Shown here piece after piece: positions 20,714-30,689 of a stretch of 64,000 nucleotides of DNA. The translations under genes were made by a program, and so were the position numbers. The stretch is taken from NCBI GenBank assembly GCA_965221695.1, contig OZ244905.1:3475061-3539060 (forward strand). Direction: 5' to 3'. The DNA comes from Gammaproteobacteria bacterium. Lineage in GTDB: Bacteria > Pseudomonadota > Gammaproteobacteria > Eutrophobiales > Eutrophobiaceae. Within the stretch, counting starts at the first letter, position 1, and each line of letters starts with the position of its first letter. The notes below the pieces were generated by a model, which was given only the letters and a program-made list of their open reading frames with translations, had not been told where the DNA came from and did not search any database.

Positions 20714-21943
20714 ATGAATCCGCCATTTCATTTTGATCCCTACTCGGCGGAGTTTGCACAGGACCCGTACCCTGTGTATGCGCGCCTGCGCCGGGAATGT
20801 CCGATGTATTACCATAGGAATTGGGACGCATGGCTGTTTTCCAGGTATGAGGACATAAAGACGCTGGTAATGGATGATCGCCTGGGCAGGACCATGGATC
20901 ATGTGATGTCCCGTGACGAGATTGACGCGGACCGGGCGAGCCGGGATTGGGATGCGGCGCCCAATCACAGCCGTTATGTGAAGGTCTCGATCATTGACAG
21001 CGAGGGTGCGTTGCACGACCGCCTGAGAAAAGCGGTGTTCAGGATGTTCACGCCGGCGCGGGTGAACCGCTTGCGCGGGTTTATCCAGGAATTGGCAGAC
21101 CGGCAGATTGATGCCCTGGAGGGAGTTCGGGAGTTCGATTTCATCGAAGACCTGGTTGCCCCGGCGCCCGGATTTATCATTGGAGAGATGCTGGGCGTGC
21201 CGGAGCGGGACCGCCCGCAACTGCGCGCCTGGTCGGAAGATATCGTGCAGTTTTTTGAGCCGGAACGGACGGTTGCGCACAGGGAGCTGGCGGAACGGGC
21301 GACAACGGAATTTGTCGCTTACCTGGGCGATTTGACCGCAACACGCCGGAAGCAACCGGGAGACGATTTGATCTCGGCGATGATCGCGTGGCGCGACGGG
21401 GACAGTCGTCTGGACCAGGTCGAATTGATTTCCACCGCGATGACGGTGCTGATGGCAGGGCATGGTTCGACCATCGACGCATTGGGTAACGGCATGTTGG
21501 CGTTGCTGCGGCATCCGCAACAGATGGCCGCGTTGCAAACAGATCCCGGGTTGATCCAGACAGCGGTCCAGGAGATGTTCCGTTTTGACGCGCCGTTGCC
21601 GTATTTTCACCGCTATGTGCTGGAAGATATGACGTATCGGGGCCATTCATTCTCAAAAGGCGCGAAGTTCGGCTTTCTTTACGCCGCGGCCAACCGCGAT
21701 GAGGCCGGGTTTCCAGCGCCGGACAGGTTTGATATTCGCCGGGAACCGAACCGGCACCTGACATTCGGCGGTGGCGCCCATCACTGCCTGGGCAGTCACC
21801 TGGCGCGTTTGAATATGGCGGTCATCTTCAAAACCGTTTTGCGGCGCTTGCCCGGGTTGAAACTGGCCGCGGAGATGGATGCGTTGCAATGGAGGCCGGG
21901 CATCCAGAGTCGCGGCCTGACGCGGTTGCCGGTGAGGCTTTGA
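20714..21943 (+). CDS. Cytochrome P450
   Basis: EMFR (ExxR), AANRD and FGGGAHHCLG heme motif; I-helix reads AGHGST. Confidence 0.93.
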   Translation: MNPPFHFDPYSAEFAQDPYPVYARLRRECPMYYHRNWDAWLFSRYEDIKTLVMDDRLGRTMDHVMSRDEIDADRASRDWDAAPNHSRYVKVSIIDSEGALHDRLRKAVFRMFTPARVNRLRGFIQELADRQIDALEGVREFDFIEDLVAPAPGFIIGEMLGVPERDRPQLRAWSEDIVQFFEPERTVAHRELAERATTEFVAYLGDLTATRRKQPGDDLISAMIAWRDGDSRLDQVELISTAMTVLMAGHGSTIDALGNGMLALLRHPQQMAALQTDPGLIQTAVQEMFRFDAPLPYFHRYVLEDMTYRGHSFSKGAKFGFLYAAANRDEAGFPAPDRFDIRREPNRHLTFGGGAHHCLGSHLARLNMAVIFKTVLRRLPGLKLAAEMDALQWRPGIQSRGLTRLPVRL

Positions 21944-22043
21944 TGCATGCAGAATGACCACTATCCAAGATGTACCCCGCCCAGAACCACTCCTGCACAA
22001 GCGGGAGTCCAATCATATAATGTGTGGACTAAAAGGCGATTCT

Positions 22044-23537
22044 TTACTGAAACTGGGCCTGGAGCATGTGCGGTTTCACCAGCAAACGCTCCAGTAGCTC
22101 AAAGAACAGTTCTACCAGGATAGCCAGGCAAGCGGCGGGTAGCGCCCCTTGGAGAATCAGGCCGGTATCATTCAGCGCGAGCCCGGTGACGATTGGCTCG
22201 CCCAAGCCGCCTGCGCCGATGAAAGCAGCCAGTGTCGCTGTGCCGATACTGATGACCGCGGCGGTGCGGATACCGGCAAGAATATTCGGCAAGGCCATCG
22301 GCGCCAATACGTGACGTAATTGCTCCCAGCGGGTCAAGCCTATGGCCGCGGCGACCTGCTTCAGCAATGGGTCAATGGTTGTCAGCGCGGTGACGGTATT
22401 GCGCAGTATCGGCAGCAGAGAATAGAGAAATAGCGCAACAATCGCGGGTTTCTCGCCAATCCCAAGCAACGGTATCATCAGCGCCAGCAGCGCGATGGAA
22501 GGTATCGTCTGCAGAAGTCCTGCGAGATAGACCGTGACATTTGCCAGCGAGCGTATGCGGAATACCGCGATACCCAAGGGCAGACCAACCAGGCAGCCTA
22601 ATCCCAAGGCGATAGCCGTGAGTTTGAGATGAGTAATGGTATTGGCCAGGATGGTTGAGCGCAGCGCATCCTCAACCTTGGTCACGCCTAATCCCTGTTC
22701 CCGGATGAACCCGCTTGCAACCTCTGCGAAACTACGACCTTCGATAGTTGTCATCCCGTTCAACTGCTGCATTCGGTCGTTATCAAGCGCGCCGGCAAGC
22801 CGGCCGATTGCCTGCTTGGCCCGTTCCGGGAGGTCCGAGCGCGCGAGCGGCACCGCCAGATAGCGCGGAAAAAACCCGCGATCATCATCCAGAACGGCCA
22901 GATTGTAGCGGACCAGCTCCCCGTCGGTGGAATAAGCGTCGGTAATGTCGATGGAACCGTCGACCAGGGCCTGATAGGCCAGTCCGTGTTCAATGCCGGT
23001 CGGCTTTACCACCAGGTTATAGGTATCAGCCAGACCGGGCCAACCATCCTTCCGATTCAGAAATTCCAGGGAAAAGGCCAGCGCCAGTTCCGGGTGGCTC
23101 GCCAGCTCCGATATGCGTGTTATCCCTTTTGCCGCGGCCGCGCTTTGCCTCATCACCAGGGCATAGGTATTGTTGAACCCGAGGGCATCAAGCGCCCGCA
23201 AACCCTGTCCTGCGACTGCCGTGTTCAACTGCTCCAGGCTTGCATCCGGTTCGTCCAGCTTCAGGATGGCTTCCGCCAGGGTGCCGGTATATTCCACGTA
23301 GATGTCAATGGCCCCGTTCACCAGCGCCTGGTAACAGACCAGGGTTCCGCCCAGGCCGAATTTCCGTTCGACGGCAAAGCCTTCCAACTCCAGCAACTGC
23401 GCGACGATTTCTCCCAGCAGATAACCTTCATTGAAATTCTTGCTACCTACGACAATCCGCTCCTGTGCCTGAACCGGCGCCGCGCAGCTCAGATACAGGA
23501 GCAGGACAACGACGAGGTGGCGCCGGTCAGACATCAT
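22044..23537 (-). CDS. Osmoprotectant-type ABC transporter, fused substrate-binding and permease protein
   Basis: VGSKNFNE, YVEYTGT and GFNNTY binding domain; QTIPSIALL and IGAGGLG permease motifs. Confidence 0.9.
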   Translation of the reverse strand: MMSDRRHLVVVLLLYLSCAAPVQAQERIVVGSKNFNEGYLLGEIVAQLLELEGFAVERKFGLGGTLVCYQALVNGAIDIYVEYTGTLAEAILKLDEPDASLEQLNTAVAGQGLRALDALGFNNTYALVMRQSAAAAKGITRISELASHPELALAFSLEFLNRKDGWPGLADTYNLVVKPTGIEHGLAYQALVDGSIDITDAYSTDGELVRYNLAVLDDDRGFFPRYLAVPLARSDLPERAKQAIGRLAGALDNDRMQQLNGMTTIEGRSFAEVASGFIREQGLGVTKVEDALRSTILANTITHLKLTAIALGLGCLVGLPLGIAVFRIRSLANVTVYLAGLLQTIPSIALLALMIPLLGIGEKPAIVALFLYSLLPILRNTVTALTTIDPLLKQVAAAIGLTRWEQLRHVLAPMALPNILAGIRTAAVISIGTATLAAFIGAGGLGEPIVTGLALNDTGLILQGALPAACLAILVELFFELLERLLVKPHMLQAQFQ

Positions 23538-24303
23538 GCCTGCCCATGTCAGATAACAAGTGACTGACATAGTCATCTACCGGGTTGTTTCTGATCTGTT
23601 GCGGGCTACCCTGTTGGATAATCCGGCCCTGTTTGAGTATTACCATCCGCTCGGAAAGTCTTGCCGCCTCGCTGATATCATGGGTGACCAGTAGCACGGC
23701 ACAGCCGCCGGCTTGCTTTAGTTGCAGCATTTCCTCGTATATGGCTTCGCGGGTAATGGCGTCCAACGCCGAGAAGGGTTCGTCCAGCAACAGCAGCGGC
23801 GGGTCCAACATCAGCGCCCGGCACAGTCCCACCCGTTGCGCCTGTCCTCCCGATAGGCTGTATGGGTAGCGCCCGGACAATTCGTCGCCCAACTTGAACA
23901 GCGCCAGCAGTTCGTTATAGCGTCGCGTTATCCGTTCTGCTGACCATCCTTCCAGTCTGGCGACCAGCGTAACGTTTTCCTGGACAGTGAGGTGAGGAAA
24001 CAGGCCCGCCCCTTGCACCACATAACCCATCGCGCGGCGGATGCCAGGGAGGCGGTCATAATCAAGCGGTTGGCCGAGAATGCGCACTACGCCGGTATCC
24101 GGCCGGATCAACCCGTTGATGAGCTGTAACAACGTCGACTTGCCGCTCCCGCTCTCGCCGACAATTGCCGTCGTGCTGTTTGCCCTCAACGCCAGTGTCA
24201 GGTCGCGGATAACCGGTTTGTCAGCGTAGGACTTGACGACATCCTCAAATTCGACGGCAGGCAACAGCAGGGGAACGAGATCGCCTTCGACCAGGCTTTT
24301 CAT
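23527..24303 (-). CDS. ABC transporter ATP-binding subunit (OpuA/ProV-like)
   Basis: GESGSGKS, LSGGQAQRV and LLDEPF motifs. Confidence 0.92.
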   Translation of the reverse strand: MKSLVEGDLVPLLLPAVEFEDVVKSYADKPVIRDLTLALRANSTTAIVGESGSGKSTLLQLINGLIRPDTGVVRILGQPLDYDRLPGIRRAMGYVVQGAGLFPHLTVQENVTLVARLEGWSAERITRRYNELLALFKLGDELSGRYPYSLSGGQAQRVGLCRALMLDPPLLLLDEPFSALDAITREAIYEEMLQLKQAGGCAVLLVTHDISEAARLSERMVILKQGRIIQQGSPQQIRNNPVDDYVSHLLSDMGRHDV

Positions 24304-24587
24304 GAGCTTGTTTCATTGGGAGTTGAAGCGCGCACCGGTCTTGTTCAGAAGCCGAGTTTTACGGCAATTCGATGAGCAGTATAATGCAGGCAGGTAGTTT
24401 ATGCAGGAAAATTTTGTTCAGAATGCAGGTTTTCTCATATTCCGGCGCACATTAGTTGTATTGCCCTGCCGGCCACTACGGGCGAGTTGAGGGCGCCTGA
24501 GTCTTGAATATAAGCGTTAAGCTATGTACGCTATCGCAAGACGATAATCGGCGCTTCTGATTGTGTTATTCGATGGGGGAAATCAAG

Positions 24588-25763
24588 ATGAGAACAATAC
24601 CCGGGGAGTTTATTGCGGCATTACTGGCGAGCGCGCTACTGACAATATTCGGGTGCTCGAATGGCAACGAGCCTATTCACGAGAATGCGGTAGGCGAAGG
24701 TGAAGGCCAACTCGATATCGTAGCCTGGGCGGGCTATATCGAAAGAGGGGAAACCGATCCGAAATTCGACTGGGTGACAGCATTCGAGGAACAGACCGGT
24801 TGCATGGTCAAAGTCAAGACCGCCAATACCTCCGATGAAATGGTGGCTTTGATGAACGAGGGTGGTTTTGACCTGGTGACAGCCTCAGGCGACGCGTCCG
24901 TTCGTCTCATCGTCGGTGGTCGTGTCAGAGAGATAGATCCGGCGCTTATCCCGAGCTGGGACACAATCGATGACAGGCTGAAAAATGCTCCCTGGCATAC
25001 AATCAACGGCAAGCATTATGGCGTTCCCTACATGTGGGGGCCAAATGTCCTGATGTATAACACCGAGGTTTTTTCGGAGCCACCCACCAGTTGGAACGTG
25101 GTATTCGAGGAGATGATACTTCCCGACGGAAAATCTAACAAAGGTCGTGTCCAGGCTTACGATGGCCCGATTCATATTGCCGATGCCGCCAATTACCTGA
25201 TGTACCACAATCCGGAATTAGGTATTGAAAACCCTTACGAACTTAACCAGGATCAATACCAGGCGGCGCTTGACCTGCTCAGGCAACAGCGGAAACTGGT
25301 AGGGCGCTACTGGCATGACGCCTTTATCCAAATGGATGATTTTACTAATGAAGGCATAGTCGCGTCAGGCTCCTGGCCGTTTATGGTCAACATTCTGCAA
25401 TCCAAAGGCTTTCCGGTTGCATCGACGATTCCGCAAGAATTATCAACCGGCTGGGCCGATACGACAATGATGCATGTGGAAGCGAAACATCCAAATTGCG
25501 CATATATGTGGATGGAACACTCCCTCACGTCAAACCTGATGAGTGACTTATCAGTCTGGTTCGGCGCCAACCCCAGCGTTCCCGAAGCCTGCGCGGATGG
25601 CCGCGGTATGCAGACGGCAGCAGGCTGTAAGAAGAACGGCATGGATAATTTTGACAAAATCAAATTCTGGACGACGCCAGTGACGGATTGCGCAACTCAG
25701 AATGAGTGTGTTCCGTATTACCGCTGGGTAAGCGATTATATCGGCGTTATCGGTGGTCGCTGA
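24588..25763 (+). CDS. Polyamine-family ABC substrate-binding lipoprotein (YdcS-like)
   Basis: Lipobox IFGC; AWAGYIERG, TSDEMV, VTASGDAS and TGWADT motifs. Confidence 0.88.
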   Translation: MRTIPGEFIAALLASALLTIFGCSNGNEPIHENAVGEGEGQLDIVAWAGYIERGETDPKFDWVTAFEEQTGCMVKVKTANTSDEMVALMNEGGFDLVTASGDASVRLIVGGRVREIDPALIPSWDTIDDRLKNAPWHTINGKHYGVPYMWGPNVLMYNTEVFSEPPTSWNVVFEEMILPDGKSNKGRVQAYDGPIHIADAANYLMYHNPELGIENPYELNQDQYQAALDLLRQQRKLVGRYWHDAFIQMDDFTNEGIVASGSWPFMVNILQSKGFPVASTIPQELSTGWADTTMMHVEAKHPNCAYMWMEHSLTSNLMSDLSVWFGANPSVPEACADGRGMQTAAGCKKNGMDNFDKIKFWTTPVTDCATQNECVPYYRWVSDYIGVIGGR

Positions 25764-25774
25764 TTGTGAGCTCA

Positions 25775-25801
25775 GGAATCGCTGATTAAGTCAGAGGTTC
25801 C
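25775..25801. repeat. 27-bp minimal palindromic copy of the miniature element
   Basis: GGAATCGCTGATTAAGTCAGAGGTTCC. Confidence 0.75.
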
Positions 25802-25822
25802 TGCTTCGTTAACCGGATAGTA

Positions 25823-26869
25823 ATGCAGCGCCATTCAAAGCCGATTGCTGAGGCACAGGCCGTTCTTGAAGCGCCAAACCAGGCGGTTCACCTAAATAAA
25901 ATCTCTAAGTATTTTGGCGAGACGCGTGCGCTCGACGGCGTCGAGCTCGTCATCTATGAGGGCGAGTTTTTTGCGATGCTCGGTCCGTCAGGTTCTGGAA
26001 AAACCACTTGTCTACGGGTGATTGCGGGATTTGAGCAGCCTTCAGCCGGAGAAATCAGCATTTTTGAAGAAGAAGCTTCTGCGATACCGCCTTACAGGCG
26101 CAAAGTTAACACGGTGTTCCAGGACTATGCGCTTTTTCCCCACCTCAACGTTGAGGATAACGTGTCCTATGGCCTGAAGATCAAGGGCGTGAGCAAGGAG
26201 CAACAGCGCCAAGCTGCCGAACAAGCTTTAGCCCTGGTGCGCCTGCCAGGCTATGGTCATCGAAAACCGGGCCAGTTGTCAGGCGGGCAACGCCAGCGGG
26301 TTGCGCTTGCGCGCGCCCTGGTCAACAAACCAAAAGTGCTATTGCTCGACGAGCCGCTGGGCGCGCTCGATCTGAAACTGCGCGAGGAAATGCAGGAAGA
26401 GTTGAAGGAACTGCAGAGAAAACTCGGCATCACTTTTGTCTTTGTCACCCACGACCAGGGCGAAGCGCTTTCCATGGCCGATCGAATTGCTGTCTTCAAT
26501 AAAGGAAAAATTGTCCAGGTCGGCGCTCCGCAAGAACTCTATCACCGGCCTGACAATGAATTTATCGCCAACTTTGTCGGTTCTTCAAATATCCTCCCCG
26601 CTGAGCTGGTAGCAAAGCTGGTGGGTCAACATTGTCCCGCAAGTCTGCGCCCGGAGGCGGTCAGATTGGTGAATGCCGGCGGCCACGCGGCAACTGTCAC
26701 GGGCGCGAGTTTTCTCGGCGCGTCTGTTAAAGTATCGTTGCAGATGGGTGACTTGCGGTTGAATGCGCTGCTTGAAAATAGCGCCAGCCTGCCTCAAGTC
26801 GGCCAGCGCGTGCATATTGATTGGAAACGCAGCGATTTGCATCTGATGGAAAAGAGCAAGGATGAATAA
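25823..26869 (+). CDS. Polyamine-family ABC ATP-binding subunit (YdcT/PotA-like)
   Basis: GPSGSGKT, VFQDYALFPH and LSGGQRQR motifs; C-terminal TOBE-like domain. Confidence 0.92.
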   Translation: MQRHSKPIAEAQAVLEAPNQAVHLNKISKYFGETRALDGVELVIYEGEFFAMLGPSGSGKTTCLRVIAGFEQPSAGEISIFEEEASAIPPYRRKVNTVFQDYALFPHLNVEDNVSYGLKIKGVSKEQQRQAAEQALALVRLPGYGHRKPGQLSGGQRQRVALARALVNKPKVLLLDEPLGALDLKLREEMQEELKELQRKLGITFVFVTHDQGEALSMADRIAVFNKGKIVQVGAPQELYHRPDNEFIANFVGSSNILPAELVAKLVGQHCPASLRPEAVRLVNAGGHAATVTGASFLGASVKVSLQMGDLRLNALLENSASLPQVGQRVHIDWKRSDLHLMEKSKDE

Positions 26870-27806
26870 ATCATTTTCAGTTTATCGCGCCGGTGGAGGC
26901 TGGTTGAACCGGCTGGCCGATTTGCTCTGGCGTCGGCCAAAACTACTGTTGTCGCTGATGTTGTTGCCACCGCTGTTATGGTTGGGTGTGGTGTATATCG
27001 GTTCCATGTTCGCGTTGCTGGCGCAAAGTTTCTTTTCCATTGATGAGTTTTCCGGGCTGATCAGGCGCGAGTTCACGTTAAAGACCTACAGGGAACTCCT
27101 GGTTATTTCCAATCTGGATATTATCTTCCGCACGATTGCAATGGCGGCCTCAGTGACGTTTGCTGCGGTTATAGTTTCCTTTCCCATCGCATATTTCGCG
27201 GCACGATACGCGCGCGGCAAATGGAAAGCAGTATTTTACTTAGGTGTGATGCTGCCGTTTTGGTCAAGCTATCTCGTTAAAGTCTATGCCTGGAAGCTCA
27301 TTCTGGCCAAAGAAGGCATTTTGACCTGGTTGTTTGAAAACCTGCGCCTGCTATGGTTGCTTGACGGCATGTTAGGCATTCCGGTTATCGGCGGCAACTC
27401 GCTGTCCGTCAGCTATATCGGCGCCTTTCTCGTTTTTCTGTATGTCTGGCTGCCTTACATGATCTTGCCTATGCAAGCGGCCATAGAGCGTGTGCCAGTG
27501 AGTTATCTGGAGGCATCGGCAGACCTGGGAGCGCCGCCCTGGCAAACCTTTAAGACAGTGCTTTTGCCGCTGGCCTTGCCTGGCGTGATTGCCGGGTCTA
27601 TTTTCACCTTCTCGCTGACTCTTGGCGACTACATCATACCGCAGATCATCGGCTCATCCCGGCTGTTCATCGGCCAGGCTGTGTATGCGCACCAGGGCAC
27701 CGCGGGGAATATCCCACTGGCTGCCGCGTTCACTGTCGTGCCGATTGTTGTGATGGGATTTTATCTCTGGATGGCGAAACGCAAGGGGGCGTTCGATGCG
27801 CTCTGA
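26862..27806 (+). CDS. ABC permease (YdcU/PotB-like)
   Basis: TM helices; EASADLGA loop; TLGDY. Confidence 0.9.
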   Translation: MNKSFSVYRAGGGWLNRLADLLWRRPKLLLSLMLLPPLLWLGVVYIGSMFALLAQSFFSIDEFSGLIRREFTLKTYRELLVISNLDIIFRTIAMAASVTFAAVIVSFPIAYFAARYARGKWKAVFYLGVMLPFWSSYLVKVYAWKLILAKEGILTWLFENLRLLWLLDGMLGIPVIGGNSLSVSYIGAFLVFLYVWLPYMILPMQAAIERVPVSYLEASADLGAPPWQTFKTVLLPLALPGVIAGSIFTFSLTLGDYIIPQIIGSSRLFIGQAVYAHQGTAGNIPLAAAFTVVPIVVMGFYLWMAKRKGAFDAL

Positions 27807-28629
27807 TACGCACAAGAGAGCGCCGCTGATGTTAAAAGTCGCCGCCTGCTTGGGCATGCTGTTTTTGCACCTGCCCATACTGCTGATTTTTGCGTACGCG
27901 TTTACCACGGAAGACAAGACCTTTCAGTGGCCCTTGCCGGGTTTGACTCTCAAATGGTTCGCAGTAACCTGGAATCGGCCTGACGTTTGGGAAGCCTTGT
28001 ATCTTTCGGTGCGGGTTGCGGCGGTGTCGACATTTCTGGCATTAATCCTGGGAACCTTGTGCGCTGCGGCGGTTGCGCGCGCCAGGTTCTTCGGCCGAGA
28101 AACCATTTCACTCCTGGTCATTTTGCCTATTGCGCTTCCCGGGATTATCACCGGCATTGCCTTACGCTCCGCGTTTAACATTGCAGATATACCATTTTCG
28201 TTTTGGACGATTATCCTTGGTCATGCCACTTTCTGTATAGTGATCGTTTACAACAACGCTGTCGCCAGGTTCAGACGCCTTTCAGGGTCATTGATAGAAG
28301 CCTCCATGGATCTTGGCGCGAACGGCTTTCAAACCTTTCTGTATGTAATTTTACCGAATATCTCAACCGCCTTGTTGGCGGGTGGCTTGCTGGCCTTTGC
28401 CCTGTCATTCGATGAGGTGATCGTCACTACGTTTACCGCGGGTCAGCAGGCGACATTGCCAATCTGGATGCTAGAAGAGCTGGTGCGTCCCCGGCAGCGC
28501 CCGGTAACCAATGTGGTCGCCATGGTTGTAGCGCTGGTTACCTTCTTCCCGATACTCGCCGCTTACTACCTGACGCGGGACCGCGATAAGGTCAACAGCG
28601 CGGGGAACCGGTATTTGCCAAAAGGATAG
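27796..28629 (+). CDS. ABC permease (YdcV/PotC-like)
   Basis: EASMDLGA loop; [11 protein letters not shown]. Confidence 0.9.
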   Translation: MRSDTHKRAPLMLKVAACLGMLFLHLPILLIFAYAFTTEDKTFQWPLPGLTLKWFAVTWNRPDVWEALYLSVRVAAVSTFLALILGTLCAAAVARARFFGRETISLLVILPIALPGIITGIALRSAFNIADIPFSFWTIILGHATFCIVIVYNNAVARFRRLSGSLIEASMDLGANGFQTFLYVILPNISTALLAGGLLAFALSFDEVIVTTFTAGQQATLPIWMLEELVRPRQRPVTNVVAMVVALVTFFPILAAYYLTRDRDKVNSAGNRYLPKG

Positions 28630-28806
28630 CCCGGATATGGCGGCAGTAGATGCTATGGACGCATCCAGCGCAGTTTGTAATAATGCGTAGTTGGGAGTAA
28701 CTTTTACCATCTGATATTGATCATGTCCCCAACAACGTCAGGCAAGCTGTTGAAAATCCGGGTTAGCGTTTACCGGTTATTGGAAGCCGCATATTTATAG
28801 CCGAAC

Positions 28807-30444
28807 ATGAAAAACTATTCTTTCGATACCTTCCGTGGTGACCTTTTCGGAGGCATCACGTCCGCAGTGGTGGCGTTGCCGGTTGCGCTTGCATTTGGCG
28901 TTGCAACCGGGCTGGGCGCGGCAGCCGGGTTATATGGCGCAATAGGCGTGGGCTTTTTCGCCGCGGTGTTCGGCGGCACGCGCTCGCAGATTTCCGGCCC
29001 GACCGGTCCCATGACGATCGCGATGGCAGTGGTAATCACGACTCATGCATCGACTGTTAGCGAAGCCTTTGCCGTCGTCATATTGGGCGGGCTGTTGCAA
29101 ATGCTGTTGGGCGTCCTCAGAATGGGTCGGTTCGTGGTCTATACGCCCTACGTGGTGATCTCAGGGTTTATGTCCGGGGTCGGGATCATCATCATGCTGA
29201 TTCAGATCATGCCCTTCCTCGGAGCGCCCCCTGTGAGTGGCGGCCCGGTTGCGGTGCTGCGCGCGCTGCCTGATGGATTGGCGAATATGAATCCAAGCGC
29301 AGCAGCCCTTGGGACGCTTGCACTCGCCGTCGCGGTCTTGTGGCCCCGACGCCTGGCCAGGTACGTGCCGGGTTTGCTGATGGCGCTTGTCGCGGGAACG
29401 CTGCTCAGTGTGCTGTGGCTGCCTGATGTTTCCGTAATCGGTGAGGTGCCCACCGGATTGCCCTCGATACAAGCGCAATGGCCCGGCTTCGCGTTTCTGT
29501 TGGGCGCGCTCCAGCCGGCTCTGATACTTGCTTTGCTTGGTTCGGTGGACAGCCTGCTGACTTCACTGGTTGCAGATTCGCTGAGTGGAACCCGGCATAA
29601 ACCGAATCGCGAACTCGTGGGGCAGGGCATTGGCAACATGGTTGCGGGACTGATCGGCGGTCTGCCCGGAGCCGGGGCTACCATGGGCACCGTCACCAAC
29701 ATTCGATCTGGCGGGTCGACACCGGTATCCGGAGCGATATACGCATTACTGGCGCTCATCCTGATGTTGGGGATGGGCGATCTCGTCCAACCGGTGCCAC
29801 ATGCTGTTCTCGCCGGGATCGTGATTAAAGTCGGCTGGGATATTATCGACTGGCCTCTTATCACCCGCATCCATCGTATTCCCAAGGCGAATCTTATCAT
29901 CATGGCGCTGACCCTGGGCCTCACGGTCTTTGTCGACCTGGTAACGGCCGTGGCATTCGGATTGATTGCCGCAGGGATGGTGCATGCCCGGCAGTTGGAG
30001 AAGCTGGAACTGGATAGCGTGATCTCCGTTCCTATCCTGGATAAGGTGTTTTTCGCTAGTCACCCGGAGTCAGACGCAATGGACTTGTACTCCGCCCGGG
30101 TCGGGTACGTCCGTCTTAATGGCCACTTCACCGTTGCGTCTTCGCAGAATCTCTACAGCGTTATCGGGGAAGATCTGAAAGACCATGAAGTCGTGGTCTT
30201 CGACTTCAGCGAAGCCATGCACATCGACGACAGCGCCGCAATGACGATCAACCGCCTGATCATCAGCGCCGGAAAACAGGACACCCAATGCATCGTGATG
30301 GGTCTTTCCGGCTCGACAGCCAAAACACTGGAAGCGCTCGACATACTGCGCGATCTCCCGGAAACCCATGTAGTAAAGACAATGGACGAAGCGCGCAACC
30401 AGGCCTTGCGGCTATTGACGGAACGGGATAAACAAAAGACTTGA
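28807..30444 (+). CDS. SulP-family anion transporter with STAS domain
   Basis: GDLFGGIT, ALPVALAFG, SGPTGPM, NRELVGQG and STAS HIDDSA motifs. Confidence 0.93.
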   Translation: MKNYSFDTFRGDLFGGITSAVVALPVALAFGVATGLGAAAGLYGAIGVGFFAAVFGGTRSQISGPTGPMTIAMAVVITTHASTVSEAFAVVILGGLLQMLLGVLRMGRFVVYTPYVVISGFMSGVGIIIMLIQIMPFLGAPPVSGGPVAVLRALPDGLANMNPSAAALGTLALAVAVLWPRRLARYVPGLLMALVAGTLLSVLWLPDVSVIGEVPTGLPSIQAQWPGFAFLLGALQPALILALLGSVDSLLTSLVADSLSGTRHKPNRELVGQGIGNMVAGLIGGLPGAGATMGTVTNIRSGGSTPVSGAIYALLALILMLGMGDLVQPVPHAVLAGIVIKVGWDIIDWPLITRIHRIPKANLIIMALTLGLTVFVDLVTAVAFGLIAAGMVHARQLEKLELDSVISVPILDKVFFASHPESDAMDLYSARVGYVRLNGHFTVASSQNLYSVIGEDLKDHEVVVFDFSEAMHIDDSAAMTINRLIISAGKQDTQCIVMGLSGSTAKTLEALDILRDLPETHVVKTMDEARNQALRLLTERDKQKT

Positions 30445-30478
30445 TTGACAGCTTATAGCTCGCTCGCAATTGATCTAA

Positions 30479-30629
30479 GGAACCTCTGATTAAGTCAGAG
30501 GTTTCTACGATACAAGGATGTATCGTCAATATCAATGACTGTAAGGCATTGATATTGTGAGGAAAACAAAAATCGCATTTTTGTTTTCCGTACTCTGACA
30601 AGTCCAGGATGGACTTGTTCAGAGTTTCC
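30479..30629. mobile_element. Most complete copy of the IS5-like miniature inverted-repeat element (MITE)
   Basis: Ends GGAACCTCTGATTAAGTC and GACTTGTTCAGAGTTTCC are imperfect inverted repeats; CTAA direct repeat at 30475-30478 and 30630-30633; no ORF. Confidence 0.85.
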
Positions 30630-30689
30630 CTAATTTTCAATTCCCGCCCGGAGGGCGACCTGTTTTACTGCTGGCTTCCCGTCCGCTGC

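Noticed and set aside
20642-21646. 334-aa antisense ORF
   Set aside because: Shadow of the P450 on the opposite strand, which has all the expected motifs.
21986-22011. Weak hairpin resembling an ATTCCC-N-GGGAAT type REP
   Set aside because: Single degenerate copy; could simply be a terminator between convergent genes.
30263-30640. 125-aa minus-strand ORF spanning the long repeat as a possible transposase remnant
   Set aside because: No DDE or HTH features; it reads through hairpin DNA and the antisense of sulP.
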